NCBI GenBank assembly: GCA_029953675.1
Contig: JAMWBK010000004.1
Location: 1,984,001 to 2,048,000 of the forward strand
Reading direction: 5' to 3'
DNA from: Rhodosorus marinus CCMP1338
Taxonomy: Eukaryota; Plantae; Rhodophyta
Length of the DNA stretch: 64,000 nucleotides
Shown here piece by piece: positions 1 through 11,625 of this stretch. The notes under the pieces are model-generated. The model did not search any database and was not told where the DNA came from. It saw nothing but the letters and a program-made list of their open reading frames with translations. The translations under genes and the position numbers were made by a program. Every line of letters begins with the position of its first letter. The first letter of the stretch is position 1.

Positions 1-1144
1 CAAGAAAAGACGCGCTTTATAATTCAATGTTCCGCAGGGCGCATCCAAACCCAGCATCTCATCAACCTTGCTTAGGCGATCTCTCCCTCCCCCCTCAATC
101 CACTCCCCTAAGTCAACGTTCCAGCAAGCAAAAAAGGGGGAAAAAAGCATATCTGAACAGAGCAAAAATGCACCCGCCTCCCGAAACCAAAAAGAAAATA
201 GTTTTTGCTCGGCCATATTTTCACGGCCAGTAATACCTGGATTTTCAAAGGGGCTCCAACTTCTTATTCCTTGTCCGAAAATGATTAATCTTCATTTTTC
301 CGCCTATTAAGCCATCACACCCACCCCTGGAAAGAAACGCAAAAAGGTGGATATTGACTAGATTCAATCATTAAAGTCTCACCACCTGCCAGTCGCTCGC
401 CGAAGGTGGCCTGCGTGAAGCGTCTGAATGCTGGAGGATGTGTATGCATGTTGACCATATTGTCATTTAGCAAGATCACTATCTCTCAACTCTCCTTTAC
501 TGATTGAGGTGATTTTAAACATCAGTAATAGAACAAGCTCTTCGACTCAGAAGCAAAAGCTGAAGTAGGAGCACCTGGGCATAGCCCCCGAAAACTCGTG
601 GACCTAACAAGTTTTGCTTCTGAAAGCGTGAGGAGGATGTGGATCATATGAACAACAAAAGTGGCGCCCGCTTTTACTACGTTCTTACAAGCGAGCGCTT
701 GCGGTGTAGGTGTACCAGCCACGGACTAGCCACTGAAAGTGGAATACGGTAAACGGCTTGTTTAAAACAAAAAACTGCTCAAAGAGTTCACAGTCGAACA
801 AACGATAATATCCAAAGAACAACACTCAGTCCGAAAAGTGCGAACTGAAGGATAACCTTTGTATCGGCATGTTGCACTTTAGGATCGTAAACTCCGGCTT
901 GATGCAATCCTATCTTTCCCCTTCGGTGCCGTCCATCAACTTTTCCCGACGGCGGTGCTCGAGCAGGGGGGGTTTACTACCTAAAACTCCTTTCTCGAGT
1001 TTGGGTCGTGGCTGTGGGCTCTGTAAGGTGCTCTGCGGCTAGTAGGATAGGATGGGACGATTAGTCGAAGCAGAAATGATGGACAGTACAGCTCGGCATC
1101 TGGATTAATTGTTTACGGTACACCGAAGTTTTGGTGAAAAGAAA

Positions 1145-2573
1145 ATGAAAATCAAACCCCTGTCCAGGTCGGCCTTGGAATGGAGCGGGACTATTGATGG
1201 GAGTGGAAGCGGGTCCGGACCCCGGAGAACGACGAGGAATAGGGATCCTACGCTTCATCCTTTTGAGAGAGCTCGTGAAGAGCAACGGGCTCTGAACGCG
1301 GCCAAGCTGGGTCGCGTGTTTGCCAAACCGTTTGTATACTCTTTGGAGGGTCACGAGGATGGTGTTTACTGCTTTTCCAGGTCTAGAAAAGAGATTTCGA
1401 AAGTATGCTCGGGTTCTGCAGATGGTTCATTGAGGATTTGGAACCTTGCGTCAAGGAGGGAGGTAGCCACATGTGAAAATGCGCATGCATCCTTTTTACG
1501 CGGTGTTTCTGTAACTGCCGACGGCGAACGTGTCATCTCAGCTGGAGATGATAGGGCAGTACGAATTTGGGATACGACCAATGGTAAGCATGCGTAGATG
1601 ACACAAGTTAGAACCGAATTTTGCTGTAGGCGCGTTGGCTAAACGAACGCTGTGGTTCTTCTCTGCACTAGGAGAACGATTGAGTGAGTTCCTGGGTAAC
1701 AGTGCATTCTCAAGTGTCGACTGTCACTGGTCTGACTCAGTGTTTGCGACGTCTGGAGCTACAGTTGAGATTTGGGACGAGAACAGATCGGATCCCATCC
1801 AACGACTTGAGTGGGGTGCTGACTCGGTGACAAAAGTTCGGTTCAACCCAGTTGAAAAGGACATTTTGGCGAGCTGTGGTACGGACCGTGGAATAGGACT
1901 GTACGACTTGCGTCTGCAGACCCCTGTGAGAAAGCTCGTCATGGCTATGCGCTCAAATTCTGTTGCATGGAATCCCATGGAGTCCTTCAACTTCACCGTT
2001 GCGAACGAAGACCGTTATTTGTACACATACGATATGCGGAAGCTGTCAACTGCAACGTGCGTTCACATGGACCACATATCTGCTGTGATGGACGTTGATT
2101 ATTCTCCCACCGGAAGGGAATTTGTCAGTGGATCATATGACAGAACGATAAGGATCTACGGCGTTGGAAAGGGCCACGCAAGAGACGTTTACCATACTAG
2201 GAGGATGCAGAGAATATTCACCGTGTGCTACTCGGGTGATTCGGACTTCATCTTGTCAGGCTCAGATGACGCGGATATCAGGGTATGGAAGGCGAAATCT
2301 AATGCGCCAATGAAGCCTCTCCTTCCAAAGGAGAGAGAGGCTCTTAATTACTCAAACAAGCTGGTGCAAAGATACAGTTCAGTCCCCCGGGTTCGCCGGG
2401 TCGCCAGACATCGTCACGTTCCAAAGTATATTGTGAACGCAAACAAGACATTCGACATTATGAAGAAGAGCCAACAACGGAAGGACGATAACGTCAGAAG
2501 GAACACAAACCCCGAAAAAGCAAAACCGAGGAAGAGCGAGAGAAAGCTGCACATAGTTCGCGAACTGGAATAG
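1145..2573 (+). CDS. DCAF13: DDB1- and CUL4-associated factor 13 / Sof1 (U3 snoRNP WD40 protein), spliced
   Basis: N-terminus MKIKPLSRS...HPFERAREEQRALNAAKLGRVFAKPFV, WD40 repeats, HISAVMDVDYSPTGREFVSGSYDRTIRI, and C-terminal Sof1 domain (RRVARHRHVPK). Intron near 1585-1670. Confidence 0.93.
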
Positions 2574-4245
2574 GTGCTTCTCTGAATTACCACAATGTTG
2601 ATTTTTACTCGAGCATAGGAGACCAGGCCTCAGCGCGGTTGCGTAGATAACTGTATAAAATATGAACTATCTAAAAGCTCCACGACCAGTAAGCAAACTT
2701 TCCAAGCCCGTTGCTTTAGGATTTACCCGCACGGTCGACCAGTGAGGCTCCACTGCCGGTGAGCACGTTAATCACGCATTTCTTCAATCTTTGATGTGAC
2801 CATGCACAAAAGTCCGTGCGTATAATGCAGTAGCAGACCCGCTATCGGCTCCCTCCTAAAGCCTGTGGGAGTTGTACGAGAAAGAGAAACATTTCAGCTC
2901 CATCGTGGTCGACTTGGGTCCCGATCGTTTATTGGTTGCATTCCGTGACCGAGACAAATCCCTTAGCTTTGCTGATCTACGCTCCAGTGCCCACATGCTG
3001 TTGATCACGTGCCCCAATACGACGCAGTAGATTTGGAGTATGTCAATCTGAATATGTTAAGGGGGTCCCCATCGCTTGAAATCTGAAAGCTGGAGCACGC
3101 CAACGCTGGACACTACTGTGACCAGTGCCATCGAACGCTGCTCCCGACGCACATTGTAAGAAAGCGAAAACCAAACAGACTCAACCGTCTGGCAAACGCG
3201 GTTTCCTGGAGGCGGTTTTCTGAGAGGCGGTTTTCTGGCGTGTTTCGTACCCCTATTCCTCAAGTTCAGTGCTGCCTTCTAATGGCATCTACATTTCATG
3301 AAATCTCATGTCATGCTTATCTACCGCATCCTGCTTGGTAAACGCGAGCCAAGACAAGTTATCTCAGAATACCCCCCTCTCCCCCGACCCATTCCCATTT
3401 CCAACCGTTGGGAATCGAACTCACAACAATCAGTCTGACCAAAAAAAACGCCTACGCAGAACGACAACTCCGTAACGACAAAAAAAAACAAAAAAAAACC
3501 GCCGTATCCAAAACTGCGACCATGAATTTTCTTTAAAAACAATACACAAAACATGAATTATAATCTAAAAGATATATCCGTTTTTTTCAAAAAAACCATG
3601 TCCCATTTTGAAACCCTAACCCAAATCTTTCCCCAGTCTCAACAATTCTTCAGCCTTGGTCCCCCCCTCTACTCCATTTTCCTGCTTTTAAAATCATCCC
3701 CCCATCACAGCGGATTTAATTGTCCCCCCCTTCCCCACGTCCCCCCCACCCCCTATTCAATTTTTTTCAATTCACGTAGTCGTTAATGATTATCTCGAAA
3801 CCTCCGGAAAACCTTTAAAATGATGTCGTCTGAAGGTATTTCTTTTTAACATGAACGGCATTGTCATTGTTTTATTTCTTAGGGGTGGATGGTGATTTAG
3901 ATTTCGGCAAGATATTTTCTTGGAAATCCTTGTAAGTTTTTCCAATTCGATGGATTTGTCGGTTAATCTCGGGGTTAGGATATTGAAAACTATATAAGGG
4001 GGGGAGAGATTGATATGGGAATTTGATGCAGTTATAGGGTTGGAGTTAAAAATTGAAAAAAGAGTAGGATATAGAGAGGGAGAGTGGGAGAAAGAGTTCG
4101 GGAAGGGGGGTGGGGTTGTTTTTGAGAATTTGGCGGTCGGCGATGATGGGAAATGTGAAAGAAGATCTGTTTTCGGGAAGGAGAAGGGTTTGGCTTTTGT
4201 GTTGAAGAGGGTGCATTCTGTATGTTGGGAAGGTTTTGAGGGGTG

Positions 4246-4248
<3 letters not shown>

Positions 4249-4282
<34 letters not shown>
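4249..4282 (+). repeat. (GT)n microsatellite in the leader of the CURT1-like gene
   Basis: Direct reading of the gt run. Confidence 0.95.
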
Positions 4283-4285
<3 letters not shown>

Positions 4286-4389
4286 CTGGAACGTTTTGTT
4301 GTGGTCAAGGAGGGAACAGCAAAGCGTTTTTATATGTTTTGAGGTTTAGTTTTTTTGGGTTTTTTTTTGGGTGGTGGAGTGTTTTGACA

Positions 4390-5128
4390 ATGATTGGGTT
4401 TACGACTTCGTTTGGAGGGTTTGGAAAGAAAGGTCTTGAGAGGGCTACTTTGTCGAAGGGTGATAGGATTGCCTCGGTGCGAAGAGCTCGACGGGTGGTA
4501 GTGAGGAAGCAGGAGACTAAGTATGATGAGGTGATGCACAAGGAGAAAAAGGTAAGGGGATGATGATGATGATGAGCAATGGCCGTGTTTCCTACAATGG
4601 ATTGCTGTATCCATGCGTTTCGTTGTGGATATCGGCGGGTTTTTGGGGGGAGCTTGGAGTTGTGACCTAAATATTGATTTTGGTGTTTGCAGGAGGGCAC
4701 TCCGACGTACATTGACGACGTGTATATTCCAGATGATCTTAACGATATGGAGCCCGACTTTGCTGCACGGTTGCAAACTTTGGCCGAGGATATCTCTAGT
4801 CGGCCGCTCTATTATGCAAACGCGGGGTTGGTCGTTCTCGCGATGTATTTTGTTACGACAGCTCTGCATGGTATGCTTGTTGTAGTCAACCAGGTCCCGT
4901 TGGTACAGGACAGCTTTGAGACAGTACGTACCACCACGCATCTTGCATCTTTGAAAAGTGCGTTTGCAACCGTTTCTTAAGGCCTAAAAAGTGTACACAC
5001 AACTTGTCATCTTTCCTCAGATCGGATTGATTTACCTCCTTTGGTTCCTGATGGAGTTCGTTGGAGATTCAAATAAGCGGTCTGATCTTCTCGACCGTGT
5101 TGACTACTTTATGAAGAACCTGAAGTAG
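4390..5128 (+). CDS. CURT1: CURT1/CAAD-domain thylakoid membrane protein, plastid targeted, 3 exons
   Basis: Transit-peptide-like MIGFTTSFGGFGKKGL, then spliced exons ...VVVNQVPLVQDSFET / IGLIYLLWFLMEF...KRSDLL, matching the CAAD pattern PLxxxxFExIGxxYxxWF. GT-AG junctions near 4555, 4695, 4925 and 5020. Confidence 0.7.
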
Positions 5129-5736
5129 AAGGGAGTACGAAATATGATGGGCAGAGCGAAAAGAAAAGCACGCTTTGCTCTTCTCATCGGGTTTGGGGTA
5201 TCTTTTTAGTTTGTGTGATAATTGAAGGAGTTCATCGTTTCTCTTTGAGAACAAATACTGTAGTTTGTGACATTCTGTTCGAGTAAATGAGAAGATCCGT
5301 GGTTTCTAACATTGTTATGACTCGCTAGATACCCGAACGAACTGTTTTATGGAATTTCTACAGTGACAGCCGAGCGAGCCTTCTATTTCCCTGTGGGACT
5401 GCCGTGCTTCGGAATTCCTACGTGTTCGGACCTTCTTTGTTGTCGAATGAAACTTTTTCCCAGTCTACAGCTGATGTAGACCAAGCGTCTCCCAGGCTTC
5501 TCGCCGTTGAAAGCCCTCCAGGCTTTGCTGGCTTTTAGAACTCGGTAGATCGCCGCATCACGCTCAGGAACGAACGGAGAGCACGGCAGTAGTCTTCGGA
5601 CTTCGGGTTTATTGGGAAAACCACAAGAAAAGAAATAGTGTTCTTGGAGGGCCATCTTTCAAGAATATTTAACGAGAATCGACTGTGCTATTCTTTGCGA
5701 CTGAGTAGGTAGTCGTAGTCCCGAAAAGTTGATATC

Positions 5737-6259
5737 ATGGCCCAACCTATGAGGATTGCGATGACGCTGGATATTCAAGAAGGCAAGGTGAGCATAGATC
5801 TCGATAACAGCTGACCACTGATGATGCACATGAAGTCTGTGTGGATGGTTGAACAAGGCTTGCATATGTTCATCCTCAGCTCGAAGAGTATCATCAGCAT
5901 CATATCAACTCCTGGGCAGAAGTCGAAAATGCCCTGAGAAGCGTTGGGATGAGGAACCTCAGCTTATACAGCTGGGAATCGCGGCTGTTCTACTATGCTG
6001 AATACGTTGGTTCAATTCCATTCGAAGAAGCGTGAGTACTTTTCGATCTTTCCAATCAAAGATCCTGGAGGCAACTGCCCGTGCTCACAACCTTCTTTTT
6101 TGACTGATCCGACGACACATAGCTAGAATGGAGCAGTACGCGAAGATGCCAAGAGTGCAAGAGTGGGAGGCGCTTATGCACAAATACCAAAAGCAGCTCC
6201 CAGGAAGCACGGGTGATGTCTGGTGGCAACCAATGAAGGAAATCTACCATCAAGACTAG
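5737..6259 (+). CDS. L-rhamnose mutarotase-like protein (RhaM/DUF718 family), 3 exons, not in the ORF track
   Basis: Spliced translation: MAQPMRIAMTLDIQEGK / LEEYHQHHINSWAEVENALRSVGMRNLSLYSWESRLFYYAEYVGSIPFEEA / MEQYAKMPRVQEWEALMHKYQKQLPGSTGDVWWQPMKEIYHQD*. Both introns have GTGAG donors. The EY..H...W.EV, N.S.Y, W..M and WW..M.E.Y pattern is typical of RhaM. Confidence 0.8.
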
Positions 6260-7409
6260 CTGGAACCAGCCCTGCAGGCTTTAAGCAGTCGGCAACAACT
6301 TCCGGCGATATACTGCGACGTGGCCGGTTCTCGCGTAAATTCGCTGATGAAATCTTTCAGTCCGTACGCTACAGTCAATTCCCTTTTTGCTTGCCGAGTA
6401 GTAAATCCATTCCACTCGATCCAGCACAAGCATAGTCCCCCGTGATCCACCAACCAAACTATCAATGCCCGTAGCATGTTGTTCGTCCATTCTCATGATA
6501 CGAAACCATGGCATACTATCTAGCTTCAGAAGCCAGGGCCTATGATGAAATACACTGATCGCAGTTCAAAGTTCCAGGACCAAAGTCAGTCAAGAACAAC
6601 ACGCGTTCCATCCTCATCCCTAGTTTCCGCATTGATTTAAAGGTATTGGGGCAGCCCCATAAATACTGTTCGAAACGGTAAAAAGAAAATCGAATCCTGT
6701 TGGGACGCTTTCAATGGAGAACGGGGTCTCTAAGGTAGACACCCTTACCCGCGCGCTTCAAAAAGTCCTTGTATGATGTGGTACCTGGAAGCAATGTTCC
6801 AGCTTTTGGCACAGTGCCGCGGCTTGTTTGCCATGCATCCCAACCAACCAACGATACATCATCAACACTGCGGATGAAATCCGCAGTAGTGACGATGTCC
6901 TTGTTCACAGGCGAACGGATTAAACAAGGCAAGGCCATCAATGGCGCTGTGCACGCACCTCCAATGTGACCTCGGTGATCATACACCAGAGCTCGAAACC
7001 AAGGCCATTGACCACGTCTCCCAGCTGTTGAGAACGTTTACGAAAGTCAACACCACTTACTTTGCGCGGGAACGATCGACAAAACCGATGAAAACGGGCA
7101 CCAAACTCTGTGACAATGCAGTTACAAACCTCAGGGTTATCTTTCGTAAGCTCATCCGCATATAGTGTTTCAGTATGCCTCAGACTGCTCGCAGCAGATG
7201 ACGAATCTGCCACGAACCTATGTCAGTACATACCAGATGGCGTGCTTATGAGGGATCATCGCGCGGGGAAGGTGATTAAGGATTCTGCGAACTGACTAGT
7301 GAGGCCAGCACAAATTTTCAATCTTGTTATCTTACTGGAAACGCGCTTGGATTGAGAAATTTCAGACTGGAATGTATTAGGGGGGTTTTCCTGGCGTGGC
7401 GGTACAGAC

Positions 7410-9046
7410 ATGCAGTTGCCGCGAAAGCCGAATCCGGCTGGGCTTCGCCGGCGGCGTGGTGTATTGGCATGGGGGTTGATTGCCGCTTTTCTGGTTCTTC
7501 TTGCAACCTCTGCTTTGGTTTTTATGAGCTTTTCTGGCTCCAGCTCGCTGTTTCCCAACCTGGAGGCTGCTGAGGTGGACGAGGACGGCTTCGGAGAATT
7601 TGATTTGAACGAGGAAGCCCGCGAGAATCAAATTCCAGAGATAGAAGGGACTTGTGGAAAGCATGTTTCAAGCTTCGATCTGCAGAAGTTCCCGGGGCAT
7701 TCTCCGTTGGGGAAGTTGCTGCTGATGACGCTGAACGAGTCGTCGTATTGCGCACTTCCTTCTGCATGCAGATCCTATGAAGGGGCGTTGATACTACCGA
7801 GCTGGATTAAGGAGCACAGTGACAGCCTGAAGGCCTGTGGCATTGACATGGACAAGTTAACATTCTATGAGGAGATTCCATCCGAGCCTGACAACTACGA
7901 CCTCTTCGGACCAAATTTCCAGCGGTTTCATTTTCCGCACTTTATGCAGGACATGGTGCACATCGTCACGTTGTTTAACATAATTTTCAATTCATCGAGC
8001 TATCAGGTAACGGAGTGTACATGCCACGGACAGAAAGGTGGACCTTGTGCCATCAACGGCTTCGAAGGCTGGAACCCCGCCGTCGGAGTTGAACAGCCGG
8101 TGGAAGCTATGGACGAATCCAGCTGGGTAAAATCCTTTCTCCGGCTACTTCCATTGGAAGAGAATGGTGGGCCTAGTCTAATGTATCCTGAATATGCCTA
8201 TCCAGATGATGACAACTCCGAACCCAAGTGCTTCCGAACAATATTCGTGGGAAAACCAAAGAGAAGAGGATCATCTTTTGCAAGCATTCCGCCAGAGGAA
8301 AACCTGGTCTTTGGAGAGAACGCAATAGAGAAACTGCCAAGGACAGAATGTCCCGTAAGGATTGTCCTCATAAACAGAGAACCGCCGCAGGGACTGAGTG
8401 ATGGCAGGTACATCACGAACCTAGACGAAATAAAGAGCGAGCTACACCTGGAAGCTGAAAAGCGTGATATTGACGCGGAGATCATTGAAGTTGGGTTCTC
8501 GAATACTTCCTTCGAGGATCAAATTTCGACTATGAACAATGCGGACCTCGTGGTTAGCGTACACGGCGCAGAGCTTACGAATATCATTTGGATGAGGCAA
8601 GGTGGAAAGGTCGTGGAAATCCTCCCCTTCCTTTACGATCCTGATATCTTTGTGGAGATGGGGAATTGGGCCCGCTCAGAAGTTGTACAGATCTCTGCTG
8701 AGCCTGATGACGAGCGATTCACTAGCTGCGTCCTGTAAGTTTGTAGAAGAAGTTCCGCCTTTGTTTTGCGATCTGCATCCGCTTCTAAGCTGGAAAGCGT
8801 CCTTGTGGTACATGCAGACACTTTGGTGAGATGTGGGAGAAGGAAACATATCCTGCGTACCTAACGAAGTTTGAGGAGCTGGGGAAGCAGTGGCGAGATG
8901 GCAAGGAAATTGAGAGGAAGGATATCAAAGAATTGACGACGAGCTTTGTCGTGCGGACATGCCTTCGGGCTCAGAACCTCCACGTCGACAGTGCTTTTGT
9001 AGCCCGGCGTGCTGTATCGCGACTGGACTTTAGGTGTACGTCATGA
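7410..9046 (+). CDS. Glycosyltransferase family 61 (DUF563) type II membrane protein
   Basis: N-terminal TM anchor, HFPHFMQD motif and SFEDQISTMNNADLVVSVHGAELTNIIWMRQGGKVVEILP (GT61 signature). GTAAGT donor near 8734 and a probable last exon at about 8830-9046. Confidence 0.8.
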
Positions 9047-9666
9047 AGTATTCTCTTTCAGATCGCTTTATCTTGTACCTCGAATTAATTTGGAAGTTGT
9101 GGTGGAGAAAAGCAAGCGCCCCGAATTATGGTAAAGTCGGTCCAGGGTCGCTGCAATAGAGGACACGAAGAAGTCGCTGTGTGTTGCCGGTGAAATACTG
9201 CACCTCCGGGGTACACATCTTATGCACATATTAAACTTAAGTATTCAGGGGCATACCAATGCTGTTGTTCTTGTACTCAGCATTCGAGAAGTATTGACCA
9301 ATCTTGGAGCGTGCTGTCTACCGTACTGGAGTAGACGGCTGCTCAGATCACAGAAAGAACTGTCAATAGAGTCCAGAACTCATTGCGGATATTCGCTACT
9401 CACAATCACAGTCGCGCTGATGCTCGTAGGCTTCTAAGCAAATGTAAAGTTCGCGATCAGTAGCTTCAACCCACTCTGAATCGTTCAACAAATCTGTAAC
9501 CTCCTTCACATCTCAAGGAGAGTCGTCAATTTGGATACTACAGCTATGCGACACCCCAGATCGGCATAAGCCAGTCCCTGTCGAGCGTGGTCGATGTGAG
9601 ACCATTTATCTATCCAAGAGCTTCAATGATGTATGATACGAATGCTCTGTTGCACTAGCAAACTAC

Positions 9667-9960
9667 ACCGTCGTTTTGCTTTGACGGAATTGGTCCATAC
9701 CCCAATGCGAGTAAGCTCGCGTCCCCTCCGTTGTCCAATAAGAATAAGTTGGGCTGACACCGATGAGATCAGTGTGATCGGATCGAACCTGAAGATAAGG
9801 TAGCTGTAGTGACCGCCATACCGTCGTTTCATTCTGATTCTCTGATCCATACCACCTCAAGGACGCTTTCATACCCCCTCGCCCCGTCATTTGATCAGGC
9901 AGAATGTGTTCGGCTGACACCGACGAGATCAATGTGATCGGATCGCAGTTGAAGATGAGG
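9667..9960 (+). repeat. Diverged tandem duplication, about 155-160 bp period
   Basis: ACCGTCGTTT at 9667 and 9820. GCTGACACCGAYGAGATCARTGTGATCGGATCG at 9753 and 9913. Confidence 0.8.
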
Positions 9961-10094
9961 CCAGCGATGGGGGATGGTCAGATGGGGGATGGTCAAAAGG
10001 GGGAATGCGTTGGCTTTAGATAGAGTACTACTCGGCAGTATTCTGTGACTCGAGGAGAGAACAAGCTGAGCTTGAGATAAAGAGGTTTGAAGCT

Positions 10095-11392
10095 ATGAAG
10101 CGAACCACTGATTTGTGCTTTTCTAGCGGTCTAGGCGCGAAAAGTCCAGGAGCTCCTACCAAATCTGTCGTGGTCTGCAATGCGGAGAAAGGCCGCGGAG
10201 TTGTGGTTACGGGCGGGACTAAAGGGATTGGATTTGCGATGGCGAGAAAGTTTGCTAGCCTGGGTCATCGAGTGGTCATCTGCGGCCGTAGCGAAGATTC
10301 CTTGCGAGACGCGATGGAGGTGATGGATGGTGAGCCGTCTTCCCTCAGAGCAGTGCAAATGGAGCAACGCTCTGACTCTTCAGGTAGGTAATCCCATAGC
10401 GCTGAACTCATATTCTAATATTTTTATCGAAGGAAACGTCTACGGCATAAGTTGTGACGTTTCAGAGGCCAAATCAGTCGAATCGTTGGCGAATTTTGCA
10501 ACAGAAAAACTCGGTCGCATTGATATTTGGATCAACAACGCTGGCTCGAACGCCTATTCGAGGCGTGATCTGAGGGACTTGGATCCAGAACAAATCAAGG
10601 AGGTTGTGGAGACCAACATGCTCGGGTCACTCCTCTGCTCCAGGCAGGCACTTCGAACATTGGAGTCCCAAGACCCTGCTGGAGGACACATTTTCAATAT
10701 GGAAGGAGCAGGTTTGCGAATGCACAATCCGTCCAAAAAGGACCACAAAACAGCTGGGCTTATTTAGGTCGTGATACTAGGATCGTTCGGAGACGCCACT
10801 GCCACCTATGCAGCTTATGGAGCTACCAAAAGCTCCATCCCTCAGCTAACGGCCAGCCTCGTTGAAGAGACGAAGAAGTCACCAGTGGGATGTCATATTC
10901 TTAGCCCAGGAATGGTATACTTCACATCACGTTCCTACGCCCAGAGCAGGACAAAGCAACTAACGCTCTGATCATCCTTTGTAAAAACGAAGGTGCTGAC
11001 TGATCTACTCCTGTCCGATTCAACGGTCTTGTTTCGGCGATTCTTCAACCTCATCGCCGAAGAACCTGACACTGTAGCTGAGAATATTGTTCCTCGAATT
11101 CTTGAGGTTGGTTTCTAAGCTGTCAACGACGAGTGTGCCGGGCTCGGAACATAATCTCGTCTTGCTTCTTTCTTTTTTGGGAGTCCTGCCGTAGTCTAAA
11201 ATGGCGACGATCTTTGGATATTAGGTTTCAGGAACGAACAAGAAAATTAGGTTCCTAACGGTTCCCGGTGCGTTTCTGAAGATTGTAGTGAACGCTATAT
11301 TCAATCGGAACAAGTTCTTCGATGACAAGGGGGAGAGAATACCTGGTGACGACTCTGAGTTTGATGAGCAACGCGTGAAGAAGCAGTACTAA
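10095..11392 (+). CDS. Short-chain dehydrogenase of the NOL/NYC1 (chlorophyll b reductase) family, multi-exon
   Basis: TGGTKGIG cofactor motif, WINNAG, GGHIFNMEGAG, YAAYGATK catalytic motif, LSPGMVLTDLLL and FFNLIAEEPDTVA, which resemble plant NOL. Confidence 0.8.
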
Positions 11393-11625
11393 CCCCGTAA
11401 ACAAATGAATCGACGAGGAACTATATCAAGCTCTCAGCTCCGAGAGTCCTTGGACGCGGATGCAGGTCTTGAAGATTTCTGACAACCCTCGCTAATCGCC
11501 AAGACGAGCTTTTGTGTGTCGATGGCCTGGCCACAAGGGATCCGTTTACGGGTTCTACTGTATCATTTCGGATTCCGAATAATAATTTCATTTCTTTGTC
11601 TGTACACCCTCTTGAGAGGTCGACT

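Noticed and set aside
3405-3425. GTTCGATTCC / GTTCGAATCC T-loop-like motifs (also near 40345)
   Set aside because: The flanks do not form a T-stem or cloverleaf, so no tRNA is called.
3790-4342. ORFs with HTHTHT or VCVCVC runs (also 53712-54089)
   Set aside because: Translations of (GT)n microsatellites and skewed leader sequence.
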